A stretch of DNA of 64,000 nt from Zancudomyces culisetae HAW-14-8 (Eukaryota; Fungi; Kickxellomycota). Shown here piece by piece: positions 1-10,800 of this stretch (positions within the stretch are counted from its first letter, which is position 1; each line of letters opens with the position of its first letter). Both the position numbers and the translations under genes were made by a program. The stretch covers positions 2,976,001 through 3,040,000 of the forward strand of contig JBNJNM010000011.1 of NCBI GenBank assembly GCA_052426225.1, written 5' to 3'. The notes beneath the pieces are model-generated. The model ran no database searches and was not told the origin of the DNA. It saw only the letters and a list, made by a program, of their open reading frames with translations.

Positions 1-971
1 CACCAGAAATCAAGACCGTTGAAGATGTAGTTTCGTATTGCAAGTTTGTACAAGAAAGTGTTAATGAGCATTACAAAGTTATTCCGCATTTGGTTGTAGG
101 AATTGCAGAATGTGTAGGGCTTGTAGAACCAGCACTTATAGAAAGGTTTGCAAGTTCAATGTTGATGACTAGAATATCAAGAAGAACTCTTGCAGAGCAG
201 CAAGTAGCACTTACAAATAAGTTTATTGAACTTGGAGGAGGAGCAACAAACAAAAATAACAATATTGCTAACAATACAGGGAATGATGATGATAAAGAAC
301 AAACTCGTATAGGAATAGTCGATACTAGCTGTAACATATCAAATTTGATCCAAGATTGTGCAGTCAAAGTTCAACGTTCGTTTGAGAAGGCATACAATAT
401 GCAACAAGAGTTTGCACCTCGTGTAATCATTGAGGGTTCTGTAGACACAACAATAATGTGTATTCCTGAATATGTAGATTATATTATGTATGCAATAATT
501 AAAAATGCAATGGGAGTAACTATAAAAAAAGGATTGAAAAATAATACACAATCCAACTCACAATCCAACTTACAATCCAACTCACAGTTCAATTTCGATC
601 CTATTATCGTTACAGTATGCTCAACAAAAACTGATATTACAATCCGAATCTCAGATAGTGGAGGAGGAATGGAAAACGATATGTTAAGCCAGGTATGGTT
701 GTTTGGATCTCCTTTAAAGGTCAATCTGCTATCAAATTTTGAATCTGTAAAAACAAAACAAGCAAAGGTCGATGAAGAAGTCAATATATCTCCTCTAACG
801 TCATTTGGGTTTGGACTCCCCATGTCCAGAACATTTGCCAAGTATTGGGGTGGTGATATAACTATCCATTCGCTTCCTGGATATGGTGTTGATGTATATG
901 TAACTCTACCAAAGTTAGGAAATGTTGCTGAGCATTTGACTGATGAAGATTCTGAAGAAGGGTTTGAGTGA
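1..971 (+). CDS. Mitochondrial alpha-ketoacid dehydrogenase kinase (PDK/BCKDK family), 5'-truncated copy at the window edge
   Basis: Same protein as the C-terminal part of 22986-24323. GHKL motifs KNA, ISDSGGG, GFGLPMSR, GYGVDVYV. Confidence 0.93.
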   Translation, partial: PEIKTVEDVVSYCKFVQESVNEHYKVIPHLVVGIAECVGLVEPALIERFASSMLMTRISRRTLAEQQVALTNKFIELGGGATNKNNNIANNTGNDDDKEQTRIGIVDTSCNISNLIQDCAVKVQRSFEKAYNMQQEFAPRVIIEGSVDTTIMCIPEYVDYIMYAIIKNAMGVTIKKGLKNNTQSNSQSNLQSNSQFNFDPIIVTVCSTKTDITIRISDSGGGMENDMLSQVWLFGSPLKVNLLSNFESVKTKQAKVDEEVNISPLTSFGFGLPMSRTFAKYWGGDITIHSLPGYGVDVYVTLPKLGNVAEHLTDEDSEEGFE

Positions 972-980
972 TATTAAGTG

Positions 981-1052
981 TATGGGTGTATGGGTGTATG
1001 GGTGTATGGGTGTATGGGTGTATGGGTGTATGGGTGTATGGGTGTATGGGTG
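981..1052 (+). repeat. (TATGGGTG)9 G-rich tandem repeat
   Basis: Nine perfect 8-bp units starting about 10 bp after the kinase stop codon. Confidence 0.95.
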
Positions 1053-1175
1053 TATAGCTCCATAGTTCCATAGCCCCATATAATCATGTGGATATCATTC
1101 GTTTGCACAACTTTAGCGTGCTATTATAAAATACATTGTAACAAATCTCCAAATCTCCAAATCTCTAAATCACTC

Positions 1176-2472
1176 TTATTTTTTGATGTACAATACATAT
1201 AAATATACTTCGCTTGATGCTACAACTATTGATGAAAGCATCGATAGTAACACTCTCTATTTCGTGAATACAACATATATTAGTCATATACTAACAATAA
1301 GATCAGCCCAATCTCCTAGTATTTAAATTTGATAATCTGTAATAAATAAATAAATTTGGGTATTTTTATTCGCTTACATATCCTATAGTTTCCATCGCAG
1401 TTCTTGAAACCACAAACACTGCTATCCCAACTCCAATTGCACTTAAAAGTATATTTATTACTGCCGTTATACTTTGTGAAATATACTCATCATCCTCGTT
1501 CGTTGTATAACCAATACTATCGGTGGCTCTAAATATACTACCAGTGTTATGGACCAAAGTATCATTGACTGATGATCTATTGTTTTCAACACTGATACCT
1601 GCTACTTTTTTAGGCCAATGCTCCATCATTTGCCTCCTCGCTTTGCTTGGCCGCTGTTTCTCACTACTCAGATTACTGGTCATACAAAAGTATTCATATT
1701 GCTTCAATTGTATTTCCGTTTCTTTTCGTAGCTTTTTCACTTGTTCTCTTTCTGAAACTGAAGTATGTGGTTTTCTGAACTCAGGAATATATATCTCTGA
1801 TCCTGATAGGTATGTATGCAGCCATTTTCGTTCTATTTTTACATAGATTGGTTTGTTATTTCTGCTATGGATCTATTTGCATCTCATACTTTTCATAATT
1901 TTTTCATCAGCCTTTTATTCGCTGATGTTATTTTCCATCTTTTTCTTTCGTTTTTATCCTCAGCTTTGTTCTTCACCTTCAATACTCATATATCTTTACT
2001 TTCTCCACTTTCTTTACTTTCTTTACTTTCTTTACTTTTTCCACTTTCTCACTTTCTTACCTTTATTACTACGCGTACTTTTATTATACTTGACTATTTC
2101 TAGTATCAAATCCAGAGAAAATGCTATATCCACCAACCCCGTTCCTAATTGTGCTGTCTGTTGAATATCTTTGAGTTCCTTGATATTACTCACGACCATT
2201 GTCCTCTCTTTATACATTTCGTCGTTTCGTGCGTCTTTTTTTCTGTCCTTTTCTTTTTCCTTGTATTCTTCCTTTTGATTTGCTCTTTCGTTTGCTCTTT
2301 CGTTTGCTCCTTCGTTTGCTCTTTCATTTACCTCTTCGTTTTCTTCTTTTGCCTTTTCATTCGCATTGTCAATCACACATTGTATACCTTCTACACAGTT
2401 TGTGTTTGTACTGACTACTTCCAGGCAATCCAGTAAATTGTCTTTGGTTAATCGAAAATAAAACAGTGTCAT
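1176..2472 (-). CDS. VMA12: V-ATPase assembly factor Vma12/Vph2 (TMEM199), copy 1, 3 exons
   Basis: Mirror of 21469-22765. Spliced protein has WLHTYLSGSEIYIPE, AVINILLSAIGVGIAVF and RVLLSMLSSIVVASSEVYLY, typical of TMEM199/Vma12. Confidence 0.85.
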
Positions 2473-2606
2473 TTGTCTTTGTAGGTAGTTTTTGCAAATA
2501 TTGTTATTGGTGTTGTTGATTCTAGCACTGATCCTATCGCTTTGGTTTCCAATATTTTGTTTAATGTTATAAATTATATTTGAACTGTTTTTGTTTTATT
2601 CGATTG

Positions 2607-2740
2607 TTTATAGTTTATAGTTTATAGTTTATAGTTTATAGTTTATGGCTTATAGTTTATAGCTTATAGTTTATAGCTTATGGTTTATAGCTTATGGTTT
2701 ATAGTTTATGGTTTATAGTTTATAGTTTATAGTTTATGGT
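2607..2740. repeat. 7-bp degenerate tandem repeat (TTTATAG/CTTATAG/TTTATGG)
   Basis: Visible array upstream of VMA12. The mirror array at about 21188-21335 is 14 bp (two units) longer. Confidence 0.9.
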
Positions 2741-3559
2741 CAAATCATATTTTGGGAGTTTAAACCTTACAAGATGGATTACAAAACATAACAAAATATG
2801 GCTGGAGTTTCAGTTACACAACAATCCAAGCATTTTCGTTGATAATCATTTTACCATTTTCCTCATTCTTTTTTTTCAGTATAAAATTATTGTATAACTT
2901 CCAAACTTATTACATAACACATACTTTCTTCATGTTAATAATGTCTCTGACTGAATATGTATTCCAATATTCCAGAGTATATTGTGCTCATGTTCTAGGA
3001 TTAATTTCACCAAATTATCATATTGTTGATATTTAATTCTTTCAACATGATTTAATTAACTGTTAAATATATCAAATACAAAACCCCTATTCAAAATATA
3101 CTCCAACTAAAATAATATATCATTCTTTATCAAAACCATTGTACAAATCAATTCAATGTACAGCATACAAATTGGTTTAATTAGGTTATGTGGTTTACAG
3201 TATTTTGTTTTGGATTGACATCTTGATTACTTTCATTAATGCTATAGTGGGTACATTAATTAATGACCAACTTGGTGATGGTGGTACTGGATATACCCTT
3301 GAACTAACGCCCAGTGGGTGTGGAGTCTTTAGAGGGACGGAGAAAAATTATTAGATGGATATTAGATGGATATTAAATGGATATTAGATGGATATTATTT
3401 AGGATTATTTTTTGTAGTTTCATGTGGTACTATGTGGTACTATGTGGTATTTATTACCTTTTACATCTGATCGTTTAGCTGTACTATATTACCAGTTATT
3501 CTAAAGCACATAAGATATAAACCTAGCACTAAATATTTTTTTATTTGTAGGAGCACCAG

Positions 3560-4075
3560 CTTTGGAAGTGCATCTGTATTATATTTTTAAAGTTACTTGT
3601 ATTGATTCACCCATAGAATCATATATTATCTGTATTATTATGTATAAAACATGGGTACAATCAAACGGTTGCACCTTGATATGGGGTATAATAATGTTCG
3701 TGTTTTACACATTCTGGCATACAAAAACAAGATTTGGCAATTTTATATACAGTGTGGGTGGGGTCTATGGTCTTACAATTATGCATGTAGATGGTCAAGA
3801 AACATGTATATGTTCCGTACACAATATCAACCCAGCACGAAGCCAAATTGTCAAATATAGCGTTCTCACAAATACTTGAAACGACAAATAAAGTTGTAGT
3901 ACTTGACGTAATACCAAGAAACTGCTGCGTTTTAATTCTAGCTTTTCTGATATTTTATACCACCGATTTCAATGTATCAACAAGCCTATAAGTATTCACT
4001 ATTTCAGGTTACACCTAACTCAAACGTTGAGCATTACTTTTCAGTAATACATCGGGCTTCATGTACTATACTTTG
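3560..4075 (+). mobile_element. Possible degenerate hAT transposase relic
   Basis: In order across frames: CSVHNINPARSQIVK (CxxH-like), VVLDVIPRNCCVLIL (LDVxTRWNS-like), LFQVTPNSNVEHYFS (ERxFS-like). Frameshifted and compressed. Confidence 0.3.
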
Positions 4076-4369
4076 AATCAAGTTTTCAGCTACTTATTAT
4101 TGACATTGATAGTGGCAAAGGCAGATTTATGGGGTGTTTTTGGAGGCAAGTAGATGTTTTTGACCTACTCTACTTGAAGTTTATTTGATACCACTCTGCA
4201 CGCACCCGTATCAACAGAATTTCACACATTTAGTTTCATACGATACCATGTTTTTTTATATTTAGCTTGAAGTGTATTTTAACTTAGTTATTACATAGGA
4301 TATATCAGTGCCTCGGAAACAATATAGTGCAAAAAATAGTTTTTGTGAGCATTGTAACTTTATCTATTT

Positions 4370-4750
4370 CAGATATTGTGTGGCTAAAAAAACGTATTAT
4401 TCAAAAGTACTATTTCTAAACCAGCTAAATATTCATTTTTAATTTTCTTGATGTTCATCCTCAATCATGCTTTATTAAATTTAAGAATTAAATGATTACT
4501 AATACTTATTCAAGCTCTGAGAAATAGTGCATGTGCTAGCAGTTAAATCATTTTCATAACTTCTTTGATAGCTTTAGATAAGTATTCATGTTTCTGTCAT
4601 CTAGATTTTTTTCTTTAATTTAGGATCATTTTGATTTTTCGCCAAATAAGCCGAAGAAACAAGATCAAATTTTATTAAGCTGTATTGAATGTTCTAATAA
4701 TATTTTAGAATTACGAGAAAATTACAAATATATATTTCTCCAAAAATAGG
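4370..4750 (+). mobile_element. Possible Ty3/gypsy reverse transcriptase relic
   Basis: Ordered degenerate motifs WLKKRIIQK (LxKGxI), CFIKF..LN..ITNTY (CxDxRxLN), FS*L and KLY..VLII (VYLDDILI-like). Confidence 0.3.
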
Positions 4751-5463
4751 TGCAGTGGCGGTTTAAGCGGGTATATATTATTAGATACATGAAAAGTTGA
4801 TGTGATGGTTTTCTGTGATGAATAAGCGAGGAAGATACATGAAGAGTAGCAAAAGTGATGTATAGGACCTTGTCTATGAGTAAGTAAAATAATGTCAACT
4901 CATCAAAGACCTTATGGCTTTACTTTTGTTCTTGTATATGTATACGTATATGTATACATACTTAAATGTGTGTGTGATCGTAGCTATACTGTTAGTACGC
5001 AAGCGCTTCTTTTTTTAGATCATTTCCTTGACCAAAAATAGACAAAAGCAAAATGAGCTCAAAATTTGGCAAACCTGTCTAACTGCCACCGAATTATCTA
5101 ATCACTAAACAATAGCATAGTTATTAGAGAAGGCTTATAAACGAAATAAATGAAATGTTCTATTAATCAATATATCACATTCCATATTTACAATCTGCAC
5201 CAAAAACAACCCCAATATGATAACTTCAAAAGCTAATAGCTAAAAAAAGATTTAGTTGAGATTTGTGTTGCGAGTTTTTTGTTTTGTTTTTTGTTTTAAC
5301 TGTTTTTTGGGGATTTATTACGGTTTTTTGTGGAAAAGTATAAATACAGAGTACAAACAAGTCGTTATGATTTATTCACTATCATAATCTGGCATTTGAT
5401 AAATTTAGTGCAGTAGCAGAGGTCTTATCTGTTAAACTTATTTGGTGGTTAATAGCAGCAAAT

Positions 5464-5506
<43 letters not shown>
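5464..5506. repeat. (AAC)n microsatellite in the probable 5' UTR
   Basis: About 14 AAC units just upstream of the ATG at 5523. Confidence 0.9.
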
Positions 5507-5522
5507 AAGTCATATTGGCATA

Positions 5523-6119
5523 ATGGTAAACATCGGTATAGCATACATATCAACTATGCTTACAATCTTCTCCGCAAACGCCGTGCCGGTTCCCATGCGC
5601 GGTACAAATGTAAGTGTAAATGCACGACTCGAAATCATACCATTTCCAGTTTCAGAAAGTGTTATTACCAGAAAAACGAGTGTTACGCAGATTTTCCAGC
5701 GCCCAATGAAGCCAAGATACAGCGTGTCGGGTCTTGGTAATGCCAGTATATTGAATAAAAACTTGAAAAGTCCAAGAGGTGGAAGCTTAGGTCGCAGAAG
5801 ATTTATCAATAAACCTGACCACAGAATCTTTGCTGACATACTTAAAAATATTGAAGGTAATGTCAGCACCACCAATAGCGGATCAAATACTGCTGTTAGT
5901 GATGACTCCAGTATTGGAACAGGAAGTGTACATGACATCATGGTAGCAGGAACTCCTAGACTGAACCTCGATCACGATTCCAATGCCAATGACGAAGCTA
6001 ATGACGAAGCTAATGACGAAGCTAATGACGAAGCTAATGACGAAGCTAATGACGAAGCTAATGACGACGCCGATAGTAACAATGATAGTGATGGTACTGA
6101 AGAGTATATTGAAGACTAG
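5523..6119 (+). CDS. Orphan putative secreted protein with acidic (NDEA)n repeats
   Basis: From ATG 5523: MVNIGIAYISTMLTIFSANA-VPVP (signal-peptide-like with an AxA site), a basic middle, six AATGACGAAGCT repeats and an acidic tail. Confidence 0.7.
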   Translation: MVNIGIAYISTMLTIFSANAVPVPMRGTNVSVNARLEIIPFPVSESVITRKTSVTQIFQRPMKPRYSVSGLGNASILNKNLKSPRGGSLGRRRFINKPDHRIFADILKNIEGNVSTTNSGSNTAVSDDSSIGTGSVHDIMVAGTPRLNLDHDSNANDEANDEANDEANDEANDEANDEANDDADSNNDSDGTEEYIED

Positions 6120-6570
6120 CTTTACTTTTCGCGCAGTTTGATTAACAATAAAATTTTGTTATCCTTCTTTTTTCCCGTCTGGTTATCAAAAAATAAACAC
6201 AGTCACATTAATTCTTTTACTTTATACCAACAAAAAAAAATACGTTTTTTTCCTTTCCGTTTTCATAAACCTTGGAACCAAAAACAAATAACTGTACCAC
6301 CTCAACTGGACCTTTTACACTACTTTTCTTTATGTCATGGTAATTATTTTAATCTCTTTTATTATTAACTTTTATTTGAAGATTTTGCGTATATGCTTAT
6401 TTATAAGTTAGCTATCTATGTCGAAAAAATGCAATAATATAAAAATTCAAGAATAGATGTAGAGTTGTAGATATTTACAGTATGGACAAGCCGTTCTCCA
6501 ACACGATTGCTTGTGACTATAAATAGAAATCAAAGTTCAAAAAAAAAAAGAAAAGAAAAGAAAAAATAAA

Positions 6571-7867
6571 TTAGAAAAGATTGTTATCTATAGTTTCCTG
6601 AAGCTTTTCCAAGCTAATAGGTCTGACAATTTCTGAATCAAACAAAGACTTTCCCAAACCTTGAGTAAGAGAGTGTGTTGATCCAAAAGTAGATGCAGTA
6701 TTAAGATACTTTGAATCCTGGATTTCACTAGAATATTCACACAACGCAACTATAGGTGTTGTGCGGTTGGGATTATTTGTTGATTTGATCATCCGAGCCA
6801 CCTGCTCGCCATCAATAATAGGCAAATGCAAGTCCGCTATTATCAGTGGAAACTTGGTTCTCCCCATAGCCAACCGAACAAGATCTGCACCAGTGTGGAC
6901 AGTTATTGTGGAGTAGCCTATTGTACTACCGCCGTTTCCAGCGTCAGTTCCACTGTTGTCGCTGGTAGGAACAAGAGCTGACTTCCGCTTAACCCGCTTA
7001 AGCAGGATCTCAAGAATCCTACAAGTAACAGGATTATCATCAGCCACCAGAACACAATTGGATGAGGTATAGTAATTATTTGGAGCATAAGTAGGTTGCG
7101 AGATACTCAGAGGGCTGGTGGTTCCCGTAGTGGCATTTGTGGTAGTGGTGATTGTATTATTAAAACTACTTGGGGAAAGGGATGGGCTAGGTGATAGTGG
7201 TAAGGGATGGGCGGATGAAACTTTGAGAGTAGGGAATGTGGGGGAAGGAGAGTGAATTAATGGCTTTGATGAAGAATCAGAGTTCCTCAGTTGTCGTGTA
7301 GTTACCATTTCCAACAGTGAAACCTCTTTATTTGGAAACTTCTTTTTGGGGTGAAGCGAAGAATCAAGAGTAGGAGAAGAATTAAACACAGAATTATCAA
7401 TAGGCGAACCAGGGTTCAATAAACTGGTGCTGCTTCCACTACTAGCGCTACTTCCTACAACAAATTTGTTGGTATTTGCATAATCATCTAAAAATGATGT
7501 ATTTTCGGGGTTTTTGCGGTTGTGGGAAGAAGTAGAAATGGCCAGAGGGGATGTTGTTGTTGTTGTTGCTGTTGTTGTTGTGATAGAGTCACTGGGGTAC
7601 TTAGGTAAATAAAGATCGGGTTGGTGGTGATGGTGAGGATGATGGTGGAGATGATGATGATGATGATGATGAGGAAAGATATGGTCTTGGCTGGGCATAG
7701 ACGCGGTTGTAGATCTTCTCCTTATCTTCAAGATTTCCTTGTAATTTTCATGTTCTAATACAGGTAGATTTTTAAACAAAAACTTGCCAAACTGGCTATC
7801 ATTAGCATTAGCAGAGTTTTGATTGGCAGGTGATCCATCAAATACTGAAGGGGGCTTTTCCTGTTGC

Positions 7868-7899
<32 letters not shown>

Positions 7900-10800
7900 T
7901 TGGTATACTGTATTTTGTTGTGTTGTACAAATGGGTGAAAATGGAGTATCGCTATCAGCAAAGTTGCCAGAAGATACACAAGGATCCTCATTTTCATTAA
8001 GCAATAACGAATCTATTTTTGCACCTCTAGAATCAAAGTACTCAGTGTCTTCTTCACACACAGTTTCAGGAACAAACTTAGGCCCATGATCGATATTCCC
8101 ACTTCCACTAGCGTTGCCGTCATTAGTATTACCAGCATTATCGCCATTGGCGTCATTACCATTTCCAGCGCCATTTCCAGTTCCATCAGCACTACGGTCA
8201 TTTAAGAAGGTATTCCAGTTGATTCCTTCAAAAAATGGATGAGCCTTAACCTCCTCAATACCTCTTGACCCTAACCGCCTCTGAGGATCACGTTCAAGCA
8301 GCGCTAAAATAAACTGCTTAGCCTCGGAACTGACTTCAATGTCATCATCATAAAATACTACTGGTGCAGACAAAATATTATCAAAAACTTTGTCTGGTGT
8401 ATCGTCATGGAAAGGAGGAATTCCATACAAAAACTCATAGCACATAACACCCAATGCCCACCAATCCACTGCCTGGTCAAACTGTGTACCCAAAATACTT
8501 TCTGGCGCCAAATAATCAGGTGTGCCAACAATGCATGTTAACCGGCCAGTGGTTGAAGAGTTGCCAGTGACAGCTCGTCTATCCAAAAACCCTAAATGAG
8601 ACAATCCGAAATCCGTCAACTTCAAATGACCATGCCGATCTATCAACAGATTGTCAGGCTTTAGGTCGCGATGGACTATGTTTCTGGAATGCAAGTCATC
8701 CAACCCCAGAACCACCTCGGCCAAATAGCTTTTGGCCCAATCTTCAGGCAAACATCCGACCGACTTTAGCAGCGATGCACAGTCTCCCCCATTCAGATAC
8801 TCCATCACCAAATACAAATAATTTTTGGACTGGAAGGTAAAGAACAGCTGTACTACAAATGGCGAGTTGATTTGCGTTATCATAATCAGTCGCTCGGCTC
8901 GGATGTTGCTGACTTGGTTCTTGGCCACCATGTCTGCCTTTTTCAGCACTTTGATGGCAAAATATTCGCCGGTTGTTCTCTTTTTGGCCAAATACACTGA
9001 TCCGTATGCACCTTTGCTGATCGGCTTGATCAACACAAAATCTGTAATCGATGGCATTGTTGGGTTTAGCAGCTGCTGGGTGCTTGGAATCATCATCGAT
9101 CCCGACCTGGTTATTCGGCCCTCTTTATTCTTTGTTCCCGCCGCCCCTGTTTCATTTTCGTCATCATTGTAGCCAAGCAACCCACAGGATGCTGCCCTGG
9201 TGTTTTCGTTGTAGTGCTGCATCTTCTCACCTTGACGGACAATTTCACACAGCGAATAAATGCTTTTAATTTTATTTGAACTAATCGATACCACTGACTG
9301 TGCTATACTCAGCAATGTAGAGTCTATTATATGCTTGGTTTCCGCTATTTTGTTGCTAAGTTTTTCGACTCCAGCTTCAATGTGCAATATCTTTGAAGGA
9401 CTCAAATTTTCTTCGCCAAAAGCACAGTCCTTTACCTGTCTGCATATTTTACTGGTCAGCCTATGTATAGCCATTGAGTCTGCCGAATCCGGTTTATACT
9501 GTTCCATCAATGTCAACATATTTGTCAGTGCCTCATTTTGGAGATCAATCTGAACTGTTACTCTATTTGACTGAGCACAAATCCACGAATGTTGTTCAAA
9601 ACAATCAGCATCAACCAAATTGTCACAAATCCGACAAACCACTGGTGGAATATCCATCTCCGGCTGCATCGTTTCTGCATAATACCCATAATCCCCTCCA
9701 ACAAACCCTGTTTGCAACAACCATACTACATGACTCGGTGCTCTAGTCTCTGGCTCATACATCAACACACCCCTTGCCTCAACATATATCACTTGACCCT
9801 CCTTACCAACGACCTCAAAATGTGTCTCTACAGTCTGTGATTGATCTTCCACCAGCTGCCGCATAGCCATCATGCACACTTCTTGATCGCTTGGTCCCAA
9901 AATCGCACTTATACGTTGTTCTACCAATTGTGTTGCCTCGGTTCCTGTTATTCGCTCCCACGTTGGTGATATATATCGAATTGTTCCATCTAGGCTTAAT
10001 TCCAGCAACACACTTGTACTTTTGTCCATAATCATTGCTTTTGTCAGTTCTGTTTTTTCTTCCTTATTTCCATCAATTTCCCCTAGATCTTCTTTATCCC
10101 TATCCCTTTCTTGTTCAATCCCAAGCCCTCGCTCCTCTTTCCCCTGCTTTTTGCTCCTGCTAGCCATCTCCTGTTTTTCAGCTTCTTTCCAAACTGCTTG
10201 CCCAACCGAATTTTTAACAGCAAACCACCACGAAACAATCCGGTTTAAAGAGCTTATTGTCACCAGCGATCGCACAAACAACCCTCTGCACGGCCATGCT
10301 GGCTCGCCGCCATTCATACTACCTCTAACGGATTGTTCCCATAACCCCCCTAAATATTGTAGTCTATTTACCCAACTTTCTGTTAATGTTTGGTAACAAA
10401 CCTTGCGAGTCTTGTTCGTTGTTTTGCTGTTTAGATACCCAGTATTACTACCAGTTTCTAATTCTGTTTGTCGTTGGTGGCTGTGTTGTTGTTGTGTCTG
10501 TGTCTGTGTCTGTGTCTGTGTCTGTGTCTGTGGATGTTGTTGTTCACTTGGGCTTACAATATCATTATCATATGCGTATATATAATTCTTTCCCAGCAAT
10601 GCCCTGTCAGGTGCATCAAGAACCTTCCATATAACATTAACCAATTCCATTACTGCCCCCAGAAACGGCGTAGGCTTGTAGTATGTATCTTCTGCAACAA
10701 TAGATGCCCCCAGCATCGACTTATGATGCGATTTGCTGTCATCATTGTTAGCTGTTCCTGTACTTTTAACATCATAATCCAGAACATTAGCTTCGTTTTG

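Larger units (their letters stand above)
1..4229 (+). repeat. Left arm of a large inverted repeat (may extend beyond the window start)
   Basis: Reverse complement of 19697-23956: base 1 CACCAGAAATC pairs with 23956, and 4201-4229 CGCACCCGTATCAACAGAATTTCACACAT pairs with 19697-19725. The ORF track shows mirrored ORFs on opposite strands. Confidence 0.97.

Noticed and set aside
2607-2740. Short tandem arrays as CRISPR-like structures
   Set aside because: Simple microsatellites without spacers, in a eukaryotic context.
5986-6070. EA-containing repeats as a pheromone-precursor spacer
   Set aside because: The unit is NDEA, without KR sites or repeated mature peptides.
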